From Gammaproteobacteria bacterium (GTDB taxonomy: Bacteria > Pseudomonadota > Gammaproteobacteria > GCA-001735895), in contig JANTFI010000004.1 in the NCBI GenBank assembly GCA_024763505.1, positions 1-56,921 of the forward strand: 56,921 nucleotides of DNA. Direction: 5' to 3'. The notes below the pieces were generated by a model. The model had not been told where the DNA came from, ran no database searches, and saw only the letters and a list, made by a program, of their open reading frames with translations. The translations under genes were made by a program, and so were the position numbers. This document shows positions 38,335-47,240 of this stretch, piece after piece. Each line of letters opens with the position of its first letter. The stretch's first letter is position 1.

Positions 38335-38352
38335 AGCGGTGGTTTCTCGAGA

Positions 38353-39285
38353 TCAAGCTTCCGTCGATAGCTTTGGCTGGCAAATTAACTGGTAGTCCTG
38401 AGGCTCCCGGTGTAGTGAAAAATTGAAGATATTTTCCCGAATTTCACGGCATCGATCGAGGTCGCAATCCTCGATAATCAACTCGTCTTCCAGAGTGTCA
38501 CACTGAACCATGATTTCTCCGGTGGGTGCGATGATGCAGCTCTGCCCAATCAACTCACAGCCCTCTTCAATACCGGCTTTGGCGACTCCGACCACCCAGG
38601 TACCATTTTGATAAGCACCCGCCTGCATCACCAGATGGTTGTGAAAGTTTTGCAAGTGATCATGCGCCGGGGCCAGCGGATAATGCAACGGTGTATTGTA
38701 GCCGAGCAGAATCATTTCGACTCCCTGCAAGCCCATAACTCGATAGGTTTCAGGCCAGCGTCGATCATTGCACAGGCACATGCCCAGTTTTCCGTCCAAT
38801 GCATCGAACACGGGAAAGCCCAAATTTCCGCGTTCGAAATAACGCTTTTCTAGGTGCTGGAAAGGTCGCCAGGGCTCGTTTTCCTGATGACCGGGCAAAT
38901 GAATTTTACGGTATTTCCCGATAATCTTGCCTTGCCGGTTTACCAGAATCGATGTGTTGTAATAATGACTCACACCTTGTTCAATAATGCGTTCGGCAAA
39001 ACCCAGATAAAACCCGATGCCCAGTCTGGCAGCTGTTTCAAACAGAGGCCGGGTCTCGGGTCCTGGCATTTCGGTTTCAAAAAAATAATCTATCTGTTGC
39101 TGTTGCTCGAAATACCAGCGAGGGAAAAAAGTAGTCAACGCGAGTTCCGGAAACACCACCAGCTGAGCGCCACTGGCATGGGCCTCCCGCATCAATTCGA
39201 GCATTCTTGCAACGCTTGATTGACGGGTTTCGTTTCGCCCTATCGGTCCGAGTTGTGCGGCGGCCGTACGAATAACACGACTCAT
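38353..39285 (-). CDS. N-carbamoyl-D-amino acid amidohydrolase (D-carbamoylase; nitrilase superfamily)
   Basis: VFPELALTTFFPRW, YRKIHLPGH, PFQHLEKRYF, CNDRRWPE, GYNTP; closely matches the Agrobacterium DCase pattern with the Glu-Lys-Cys triad. Confidence 0.92.
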   Translation of the reverse strand: MSRVIRTAAAQLGPIGRNETRQSSVARMLELMREAHASGAQLVVFPELALTTFFPRWYFEQQQQIDYFFETEMPGPETRPLFETAARLGIGFYLGFAERIIEQGVSHYYNTSILVNRQGKIIGKYRKIHLPGHQENEPWRPFQHLEKRYFERGNLGFPVFDALDGKLGMCLCNDRRWPETYRVMGLQGVEMILLGYNTPLHYPLAPAHDHLQNFHNHLVMQAGAYQNGTWVVGVAKAGIEEGCELIGQSCIIAPTGEIMVQCDTLEDELIIEDCDLDRCREIRENIFNFSLHREPQDYQLICQPKLSTEA

Positions 39286-40542
39286 TCAGTCTGGCTCCTG
39301 AGTTGCACAGTGCAACAAGGTTTGCAACAGCACGTTGGCACCGGCAGCGATTTGATGGGTTGCCGTAAATTCATGAATGTTATGGCTGATACCGCCCTGG
39401 CTGGGCACAAAGATCATCGAAGTCGGGCAATTCGGTGCAAACATCTGGGCATCATGGCCAGCGCCAGACGGCATTTTCAGGCAACTCAGGCCCAGCCGTG
39501 CAGCGGTTGAATCAACCAGCTCGATCATGGCCGGGTCAAAGTGAACCGGCTGGAACCGGGCCAGTGAGCGTTGACTGATCTCGACCTGTTCCGCAGTTGC
39601 TATCTCATCGATAAAGCGACCCAGTCTTTTCTCCGCCAACTGCAACCGTTGCTCGTCCATATTTCGAAGATCAACCGTCAGGCGAGCTTCTCGCGCAATG
39701 ACATTAACCAGATTCGGAATCATTTCCACTTGCCCGACTGTCGCGACCTGACCCTGCCCCATGTCCCGGGCAAGCCGGCGTGCTTCGACGACGATTTGGG
39801 CGGCGACGTATCCGGCATCATGGCGCAGCTCCATCGGCGTGGTACCGGCGTGATTGGATATACCCCGGATGCTGTACTCGGTCCAGGAAATACCCTGAAC
39901 GCCGGTAACTGCGCCAATCTGGATATCACGCTGTTCCAGTACCGGCCCCTGTTCAATGTGCAACTCGATATAGCGGCGGGCATAGAATTGCCCGACGGGT
40001 TGTTCGCCGGCATAGCCGATGCGCTCCAGCTCCTGGCCAACCGTTTTACCGTCGATTCCCCTGACCGCCAACATCTGGTCAAGATCCAGCGCTCCCTGAT
40101 GAACCCCACTTCCCATCATGTCCGGTGCGAAACGGGCGCCTTCTTCATTGGTGAAATATCCGACCGCGAGCGGGTGAATGGTTTCGATACCAGCCTCATT
40201 CAGCGTCTCGATCACTTCCAGCCCGGCCAGCACGCCCAGATTGCCATCATAAGGACCACCGGTGGCCACCGTATCAATATGCGAGCCCGTCATGACCGGG
40301 GGCGAGTCTGTTTTTCCTTTACGTAAACCTGTCACGTTGCCGATACGATCAATGCTGACGGTAAGGCCAAGTTGCTTCATCCAGTGACAAACGAGGTCTC
40401 TTGCTTTTCGATCTTCATCGCTCAAGGCCAACCGGCAAACTCCCCCTCCCTCCAGCGCACCGATGCGCGCCAGCTGGTGAATCCGGTTATTCAGTCGCTC
40501 GCTGTTGATTCGCAAATCAGCCCATGGACGTTCAGCCTGCAT
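39286..40542 (-). CDS. M20-family Zn amidohydrolase (L-carbamoylase / beta-ureidopropionase / allantoate amidohydrolase group)
   Basis: GSHIDTV..GG.YDGNLGV, FTNEEGARF, ELHIEQGPVLE, NHAGTTPM, SGAGHDAQ, GISHN. Likely start MQAERP at 40542. Confidence 0.92.
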   Translation of the reverse strand: MQAERPWADLRINSERLNNRIHQLARIGALEGGGVCRLALSDEDRKARDLVCHWMKQLGLTVSIDRIGNVTGLRKGKTDSPPVMTGSHIDTVATGGPYDGNLGVLAGLEVIETLNEAGIETIHPLAVGYFTNEEGARFAPDMMGSGVHQGALDLDQMLAVRGIDGKTVGQELERIGYAGEQPVGQFYARRYIELHIEQGPVLEQRDIQIGAVTGVQGISWTEYSIRGISNHAGTTPMELRHDAGYVAAQIVVEARRLARDMGQGQVATVGQVEMIPNLVNVIAREARLTVDLRNMDEQRLQLAEKRLGRFIDEIATAEQVEISQRSLARFQPVHFDPAMIELVDSTAARLGLSCLKMPSGAGHDAQMFAPNCPTSMIFVPSQGGISHNIHEFTATHQIAAGANVLLQTLLHCATQEPD

Positions 40543-41761
40543 GTAACACCTCTTGTGCAGACCGGCCAACAATGCGCCGATACATTTGAGGATCAGTGGC
40601 CCCTTCCGTGCCATAAACAATGACCCGGCTATGCCGATCCAGCCCGAGTTTATTGCGCGCGTCCTGATCTTTCATCACTGCGATCAAACCGACCAGACCG
40701 GCTACTGCTGATTCACCAGCGACAATGGCCGGATCACCAAAACGTCGATCGGCCAGTAATTGCATACAATCCCTGACCGAATCATCTGCCAGCGTGAGAG
40801 CGGCTTGCGCTCCTGTTTTCAGGACTTCCCAGGCCAGAGATGATATTTCGCCACAGGCCAGGCCGGCCATTATGGTTGGATGATCGCCTTCTGCAATTTC
40901 GGGCCGGCCGGCGCTCAGGCTCAGGAAACAACAGGCTGCATGGGTCGGCTCGGCCAGCACTGTCACCGGGCGTTGTTGCCCGGTTTCAAACCAGAAACGC
41001 GCCAGCACTGCAGCCGCCATGCCACCCACACCGGCCTGTAGAAACTGATGCGTGGGCAAGGGCCGGTCTGTTAGTTGTTCGATCGCTTCATCTGCCATCA
41101 GGGTATAGCCATGCATCACGTCCAGCGTAATCTCGGCAGCTGTGCCATCGGTGGTATCCTGAATGATATACCAGTCAGGCGCTTCGGCTCTTTGGTAGGC
41201 CTGACGTACCGAATCATCATAATTGCCCGCCACCCGGGTGACACTGGCGCCCAGATCGAGAATCGCCTGCTCGCGCTGCTTTGAAACATGCTGGTGAATA
41301 TAAATGACACAGTGGCAGCCACAACGTTGTGCGCCCCAGGCAACCGAACGCCCATGATTACCATCGGTTGCCGCTGTAACCGTCAGGTGCCCGACATAGT
41401 CGGCATATTTTCCCTGTAAAAGATCACCCGGGTCAGCATTGAAGTGATGGCGTTGCAAAATTATTTTTTGCAGTAGTCGGGTGACTGCATATGCGCCACC
41501 CAGTGGCTTGAAACTGCCCAGGCCGAAACGCTCGCTTTCATCTTTGTAATACAACTTTTCAATACCCAGTGCTGAGGCAAGACCATCGAGAGATCGCAGA
41601 GGTGAAGGCTGATAACCCGGCCAGCGGGAAATGATACTGCGCGCACGGTCAAAGCTTTCCCGTGGGAAATATCGGGAGACGGCCGCCGCATAATCAGCCG
41701 GCCCCGAAACAGCGGTATTCATCGTCAGCTCGAAAGGATATGTCGGAATAACGGGTTGCAT
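40532..41761 (-). CDS. dpaL: Diaminopropionate ammonia-lyase (PLP)
   Basis: YQPSPL, KDESERFGLGSFKPLGG, ATDGNHGRSVAWGA, GNYDDSV, IQDT, QAGVGGMA, TIMAGLACG, AGESAVAG, TEGATD. Confidence 0.9.
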   Translation of the reverse strand: MQPVIPTYPFELTMNTAVSGPADYAAAVSRYFPRESFDRARSIISRWPGYQPSPLRSLDGLASALGIEKLYYKDESERFGLGSFKPLGGAYAVTRLLQKIILQRHHFNADPGDLLQGKYADYVGHLTVTAATDGNHGRSVAWGAQRCGCHCVIYIHQHVSKQREQAILDLGASVTRVAGNYDDSVRQAYQRAEAPDWYIIQDTTDGTAAEITLDVMHGYTLMADEAIEQLTDRPLPTHQFLQAGVGGMAAAVLARFWFETGQQRPVTVLAEPTHAACCFLSLSAGRPEIAEGDHPTIMAGLACGEISSLAWEVLKTGAQAALTLADDSVRDCMQLLADRRFGDPAIVAGESAVAGLVGLIAVMKDQDARNKLGLDRHSRVIVYGTEGATDPQMYRRIVGRSAQEVLHAG

Positions 41762-41791
41762 TAAAAAGCTAAAATCTTAAAACTAAAAACT

Positions 41792-41829
41792 AAAAAAGGC
41801 CGGGGGTCGACTGAAAACCGATCCCCGGC
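41792..41829 (-). terminator. Intra-operon terminator/stabilising hairpin after dctP
   Basis: Minus strand GCCGGGGATCGG-ttttca-GTCGACCCCCGGCC followed by TTTTTT. Confidence 0.75.
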
Positions 41830-41836
41830 AAAGTTA

Positions 41837-42880
41837 CTACATGGAGGATTCTTCAATTGATTTTTGCATGGCTTTCAGCATATCAACGCCTTCATCACCA
41901 AATTTTTCGCGAATCAGCTTTTTGACCGCCGGTTGCGAGATGGCTGCAAACTTTTTCATTTCCGCAGGGGAAAGGCTGTTGACCTTCATTTTTTTAGAGA
42001 GGTAGGGCAAGCCGCGATCAGACGCCTCGATAATCCGCGAAATACCTCGTCCGGCAACGACAGCTGCCTCGGCTGCATAATTCACGACATATTTTTCCTG
42101 ATCGGTCAGGCTATTGTAGAAATCCATATTCATGAACCAGACATAGGGGGTAATGATATGCTTGGTCAGGGTCAGGTATTTCTGTACCTCGTCGAATTTT
42201 GCAAAGGCGATAATCGGTATCGGATTCATCTGACCGTCAGCCACCCCGGTTTGAAGCGCGGTATAGACTTCCGGCCAGGGCAATGGAGTGGGTTTGGCAC
42301 CCAACGAACTGATGATGGCTTCATGCGTAGGCAAGGTCATGGTCCGGATGCGCAAACCTTCCATATCGGCCAGCGAACGAATCGGTTTTTTTGAATCGGT
42401 AATGGCAAAAAAGCCTCCACTGTCGAGCAGCCCGAGCACTTTGAGACCGGTTTTTTCTTCCATATCCGCAACCAGCTTTTTACCAAAACTGCTGTCTTTA
42501 TCCATGACCTTGTGCACGACTGAAATATTGGGGAAGGCGAATGGCAGATCGAATACGCCCACCAGCGGGTAATGCTGGGCCACACCACCGGAGGAAGAAA
42601 TATTCGACTGAATCACGCCGGTCCGGGTTTGTTCGATGACCTCGTTATCCTTGCCGAGTTGGCCATCGGAAAATATTTGTACCTTGACAGAGCCATTGGT
42701 ACCGGCTTCCACCAGTGATTTGAACACCGAGGTCATGGCACCGGAATTATTATTGAACGGGTCACCTGGATTCAGATGGGAAATCTTGATGACTTTTTCC
42801 GCATGAGCCGGCAAAAAGCCAAGCCCTATCGCCAACGCGGTAGCGACCAGAGTGGATTTCATAAAGGTCTGTTTTTTCAT
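41837..42880 (-). CDS. dctP: TRAP transporter substrate-binding protein
   Basis: Signal peptide; KVQIFSDGQLG, GLRIRTM (conserved Arg), YTALQTGVADGQMNP, EVQKYLTLTKH. Confidence 0.93.
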   Translation of the reverse strand: MKKQTFMKSTLVATALAIGLGFLPAHAEKVIKISHLNPGDPFNNNSGAMTSVFKSLVEAGTNGSVKVQIFSDGQLGKDNEVIEQTRTGVIQSNISSSGGVAQHYPLVGVFDLPFAFPNISVVHKVMDKDSSFGKKLVADMEEKTGLKVLGLLDSGGFFAITDSKKPIRSLADMEGLRIRTMTLPTHEAIISSLGAKPTPLPWPEVYTALQTGVADGQMNPIPIIAFAKFDEVQKYLTLTKHIITPYVWFMNMDFYNSLTDQEKYVVNYAAEAAVVAGRGISRIIEASDRGLPYLSKKMKVNSLSPAEMKKFAAISQPAVKKLIREKFGDEGVDMLKAMQKSIEESSM

Positions 42881-42947
42881 GATAGTTTCCTTCGGGTAGA
42901 GTTAAATGAACGTTGCTGGAGTCTGAACATCTCGATTTTCCGGGTTC

Positions 42948-44228
42948 CTACAGCCCCAGCATATGTGGAACCCATAAAGTTAAATCGGCCCAGAACGCAA
43001 TAACGACCAACACCAGTACTTCGACAACCAGAAAGGGCCAAAGCGACTTGGTAATAGCTTCGACACTTTCACCGGTGACAGATGCCAGTACAAACAGGCA
43101 GGCACCGACCGGAGGAGTCATCAACGAAATATTCAATGCCAGCACGATCATGATGCCGGCATGTACCGGGTTCATCCCGATCGACAGGGTCAGCGGTGCC
43201 AGTACAGGGGCTAGAATGATTAAAGCTGCGTTGATATCCATGAACAGTCCGATACCCAGCAGTAACATCAGGATCATGCCGATTATGGCAACAGGATTTT
43301 CCGACACGGATAAAAACCCGGCAGCAATTGCCTGCGGAATCTGTTCGAAAGTCATCCACCAGCCGAGAATCGACGCCGACGCGATAATCAGGAATACCAC
43401 GCCGGTGATCAGGGCCGTACGGGCGAGCATTTCGTACAAATCGCGCCAGCTCAGGCTTCGATAAATGACGCCCCCCAGAAACAAGGCATAAGCGACTGCG
43501 ATCGAGGCAGCTTCGGTCGGTGTCGTGATGCCGCCAAGGATGAAACCGAGAATCAACACCGGCATGACCAGAGCCAGAATACTAGCGCGAAAAGAGTGAA
43601 AAATGCGGCGCAGACTCGGACGCTGATCCGATTTCGGCAGATTCCAGCGCCGACCGAAGGCAGCGATGACTGCCATACAGGCCAGACAAATCAACAGCCC
43701 GGGCAAGATGCCAGCGGCGAACAGGCCGGCAATCGATACGCCCATCAGAGAACCATAAACGACCATCAGGGAAGAAGGAGGTATGGTCGGACCGATAATC
43801 GACCCGGCAGCCGTGACCGCGCATGCAAAAGGCCGGGTGTAACCCTTTTTTACCATCGCCGGCACCAGCGTGTTACCAAACGCTGCGGCATCGGCAGTAG
43901 CGGCACCACTCAGCCCTGCAAACAGCACCGATGCAATCATATTCGAATGCGCCATGCCGCCGCGTAAATAGCCCACCAGCGCATCGGCAAACCCGACCAG
44001 CTTATGGGTAATACCGGATCGATTCATGATTTCGCCGGCGAGAATAAAAAACGGCATAGCCAGAAACGGAAACAAATCAAGACCGGCGAAGAATCGTTTC
44101 GGCGCCATCGACAGAAATTGCTCGCCGCCCATTTGCATCATGCCGATGACACCGGCAATGCCCAGCACATAACCGACCGGGACGCCAATCAGCATCAATA
44201 TGAAAAAGGCCAGGGCTACCGTAATCAC
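42948..44228 (-). CDS. dctM: TRAP transporter large permease
   Basis: LAMPFFILAGEIM, GLSGAATADAA, IGPTIPPS, LFAAGILPG, GITTPTEAA, LMTPPVG. Confidence 0.95.
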   Translation of the reverse strand: MITVALAFFILMLIGVPVGYVLGIAGVIGMMQMGGEQFLSMAPKRFFAGLDLFPFLAMPFFILAGEIMNRSGITHKLVGFADALVGYLRGGMAHSNMIASVLFAGLSGAATADAAAFGNTLVPAMVKKGYTRPFACAVTAAGSIIGPTIPPSSLMVVYGSLMGVSIAGLFAAGILPGLLICLACMAVIAAFGRRWNLPKSDQRPSLRRIFHSFRASILALVMPVLILGFILGGITTPTEAASIAVAYALFLGGVIYRSLSWRDLYEMLARTALITGVVFLIIASASILGWWMTFEQIPQAIAAGFLSVSENPVAIIGMILMLLLGIGLFMDINAALIILAPVLAPLTLSIGMNPVHAGIMIVLALNISLMTPPVGACLFVLASVTGESVEAITKSLWPFLVVEVLVLVVIAFWADLTLWVPHMLGL

Positions 44229-44764
44229 AGATCGACCTTGCTTTGATCGGGTTCGGGCAGGAGCGCGGCCTGATCACGCACCGCAACCAGTGCGATCTGG
44301 ATTGCCGCGAGCAGGCTGGCAACCGGAACCGCGGAAAAAGGGATTGATTTTGGAAGATCATAGATCATCGTCAGTCGCCGAGCGCCGTCCTGGGTAAAGC
44401 TGATTCCGTAATAAAACAGGAAGAGAAAAAAGGCAAAACCGAGTACATCGATCACACCCATTAACAGATGGCGTGGCAAACCGCGGGTGCGATCAAACAA
44501 AAACAAAACGCCAATATGCGATCGTTTCGAAATGCCGACGGATATGGCCAACAGCGCCATCCAGATCATCAGGTAACGCGCAGCTTCTTCGGTAAAGGTC
44601 AGAGGCAGATCGATAAAATAACGCACCACAATCCCTAACCAGACATCGAGCACCAGCAGGATCAGCAACAGAATAACGATTACCTCCGTCAGCACAGCGA
44701 GTTGCTGGCTTAAGGTCGCGGCTCGACCGGAAATACGCTGGAATCTGGTTTCAGCCTTGTTCAT
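44225..44764 (-). CDS. dctQ: TRAP transporter small permease
   Basis: VVRYFI, TEEAARYLMIW, HIGV; four TM helices. Likely start MNKAE at 44764, because the track start at 44815 lies inside the operator palindrome. Confidence 0.88.
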   Translation of the reverse strand: MNKAETRFQRISGRAATLSQQLAVLTEVIVILLLILLVLDVWLGIVVRYFIDLPLTFTEEAARYLMIWMALLAISVGISKRSHIGVLFLFDRTRGLPRHLLMGVIDVLGFAFFLFLFYYGISFTQDGARRLTMIYDLPKSIPFSAVPVASLLAAIQIALVAVRDQAALLPEPDQSKVDL

Positions 44765-44804
44765 GTTCAGAAAGTAGATTGCCGTAATAATACAATCCTG
44801 CAAC

Positions 44805-44839
44805 AATTGTTTCAAAATATCAAATTTTATGAAACAATT
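44805..44839. promoter_or_regulatory. Putative RpiR/MurR operator
   Basis: AATTGTTTCA-N15-TGAAACAATT perfect 10-bp arms in the AT-rich divergent promoter. Confidence 0.65.
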
Positions 44840-44909
44840 ATTTTAACGAGCGAATTTGGTGCATCTTGCGTTATGCTGGTGCTGAATGAATCGATAACGG
44901 TAAGGCTAA

Positions 44910-45761
44910 GTGAACGGCAAACCAACCAACACAATCAGCAGAATTCGCGAACATTACGCCCAATTACCACCGAGTGAGCGAAAACTGGCTGATTTACTAC
45001 TGGACTTTCCTGGCGATATTGCGAGCTATTCCGCGACCGAACTGGCTCGGCTTGCCGGGGTATCCAAAGCGGCAACCACCCGTTTCTTTCAACGCCTGGG
45101 TTATCAAAACTTCGAGCAAGCCCGTCGTCAGGCGAGGGAGCAACAAGTCTGGGGATCGCCGCTCTATATGATGTCGCAGCAACCAGAGCGGCAACTTGAA
45201 GACTCGAGTCTGATCCGGCACATGGAGCTAGAAATTCAAAATCTGGCTCAAACTTTTGAACGTCTCGACGTGGCTTATCTTGAGACGATTGCGACCCGAC
45301 TGGTTGCTGCAGAAAAAATCTGGTTGCTCGGATTCCGCCACAGCCACTTTCTGGCAGATTATGCGCGCTGGCAAATTCTGCAGGTACGCGAAGAGGTTCA
45401 CCTGTTGGTTGCAGAAGCATCCACACTGGCCGAACAGATCGTGGATATCTCTGAAAATGATGTGGTCATAGCGGTTGGTTTTCGTCGACGCACCCGACGT
45501 TTCCTGCAATCCATGAAATCCTTGCATGCGCGCAACATCAGAATTCTGTACCTGACCGAACCGAATGTTGGTGCCAGTATCAATTATGCGAGTTGGGTGT
45601 TGACCGCTGAAGTATCAGGCGTCGGCATCTTCGACAGTTATCCGGCCGCCTGCTCTCTCATTCATCTTTTGAGCACCAGCATGTTCAGACATCGAGAAAA
45701 AAATAGCCGCGAGCGTTTTAAACTGATCGAAGAGTTGCACGAAGAGATGGATGACTTCTAG
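44910..45761 (+). CDS. MurR/RpiR-family transcriptional regulator (HTH + SIS)
   Basis: LPPSERKLAD, SATELARLAGVSKAATTRFFQRLGY HTH; C-terminal SIS domain; GTG start. Confidence 0.92.
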   Translation: MNGKPTNTISRIREHYAQLPPSERKLADLLLDFPGDIASYSATELARLAGVSKAATTRFFQRLGYQNFEQARRQAREQQVWGSPLYMMSQQPERQLEDSSLIRHMELEIQNLAQTFERLDVAYLETIATRLVAAEKIWLLGFRHSHFLADYARWQILQVREEVHLLVAEASTLAEQIVDISENDVVIAVGFRRRTRRFLQSMKSLHARNIRILYLTEPNVGASINYASWVLTAEVSGVGIFDSYPAACSLIHLLSTSMFRHREKNSRERFKLIEELHEEMDDF

Positions 45762-45955
45762 CCGATGGCTGCACCGGAGAAAAGTGCATCCGCCCGAACG
45801 CAAGGCTGTTTTTTCGTTGCGATCAGGAACCGGCAGGTATGGTCAGGATCCTGTACAGAACAGGTGCGAAGCGAAATATAACTTCCCGGATTGATGATTT
45901 ATACTTGGCCGGTCAGAATTTTCCAGCCATGCCGATCCAGAGGATTTTCATTATC

Positions 45956-45971
45956 CGGCATGATTTTTGCT
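45956..45971 (+). promoter_or_regulatory. Putative sigma54 (-24/-12) promoter
   Basis: CGGCATGATTTTTGCT: GG-N10-GC with TTGCT, 47 nt upstream of the GAF gene ATG. Confidence 0.6.
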
Positions 45972-46017
45972 TTGCACATCCACAGGTTGTTCTGTTTTAG
46001 TGTTAATGGAGAAATAA

Positions 46018-46944
46018 ATGAAACCATTCATTCGTGTTATTGAAGTCTGGGTGCCCGATGCCGCCGGCCAAAACCTTGTGTTCGAAGATGGCCTGTACGG
46101 TACCCTCGACACCTTTGCAGCCGCAAGCAAACGTGTCACTTTTGCTCCGGGCGAAGGTCTGCCCGGCCGAGCCTGGGCCACAGGTAACCCGGTGGTCCTG
46201 CATCAATTCACGCATGAAAATTTTCGCCGCACCGAGGCGGCTCACCAAGTGGGGTTAACTTCTGCGGTGGCCATACCAATATTTTCAGGTCCCAAGCTGC
46301 TGGCTGTACTTGTTTTTCTATGCGGTGATATCGATCAACCTTCCGGAGCAATCGAAGTCTGGCAAGATGATGGCTTGAGTGGACTATCGATGATCGACGG
46401 TTACTACGGTGATCTGGAGCGGTTCGAGTGGCTTTCAAAACGAATTAAATTTCCACGCGGCCGCGGTTTACCCGGTCAGGTATGGGAAACATTATCTCCC
46501 AGGATTGCGGATATGAGGGATTCCAACTCATTTCTGCGCACCGAGGCAGCCAAACAGGAAAACATCAATACGGTCATCGCATTACCGGTCAACGCGAATG
46601 ATAATCGGGACGATATCGGTTCAGTCGTCACCTTCCTGTCTTCCCGATCAACGCCGATTGCCCGCCGATTTGAAATCTGGAAGGCGGACGAGGCAAGTGG
46701 CTACCTGATATTCAATGGAGCAATTACACAGGATCAGGAGCAGATTGATAGCGTTGACGAGACGATCCGCATCGCTCGTGGATATGGAGCGATTGGTCAA
46801 AGCTGGGAAAAATGCATACCAACAATTGGTTCGGGAAATGTGCACGCCTTCAACGCTAAAGCAAATGACAAATATGAATCAATGCTGGCCATCCCGGTCT
46901 TGCACCAACAGCAAATGGAGTATGTGGTCGTTTTATACATTTAA
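46018..46944 (+). CDS. Tandem GAF-domain protein without an output domain
   Basis: Repeated motifs F.PGEGLPGRAW / FPRGRGLPGQVW / IARGYGAIGQSW; AVAIPI..VLVF; RBS GGAG. Confidence 0.82.
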   Translation: MKPFIRVIEVWVPDAAGQNLVFEDGLYGTLDTFAAASKRVTFAPGEGLPGRAWATGNPVVLHQFTHENFRRTEAAHQVGLTSAVAIPIFSGPKLLAVLVFLCGDIDQPSGAIEVWQDDGLSGLSMIDGYYGDLERFEWLSKRIKFPRGRGLPGQVWETLSPRIADMRDSNSFLRTEAAKQENINTVIALPVNANDNRDDIGSVVTFLSSRSTPIARRFEIWKADEASGYLIFNGAITQDQEQIDSVDETIRIARGYGAIGQSWEKCIPTIGSGNVHAFNAKANDKYESMLAIPVLHQQQMEYVVVLYI

Positions 46945-47240
46945 CCAACGGCGGGTACCACTTGATAATGACCACACCAATCAGGGAACCTGCTATCCGC
47001 TGCAACACGTACAAACGCCATTGTTATAGGCAATGGTTTGCTACCAAAACCTCCAATCCTGCAAGCCTGCTTGATGCTATTTCGGATAATGCTAATGCTC
47101 ATCACCTTTGCTCGGCTGGCGGTATTCTGAATAGATCAGGATCAGCATCAAAACAGCTTTTATAAAACAGAGGGTAATGGCCTGTTATTGGAGGGAGATT
47201 CTTTTACCTCGTCAATCAAAATCTGGATCCAGACTCCTAT

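Noticed and set aside
45770-45788. NtrC enhancer upstream of the GAF gene
   Set aside because: TGCAC-N9-GTGCA has two more bases than the canonical N7 spacing; not supported.
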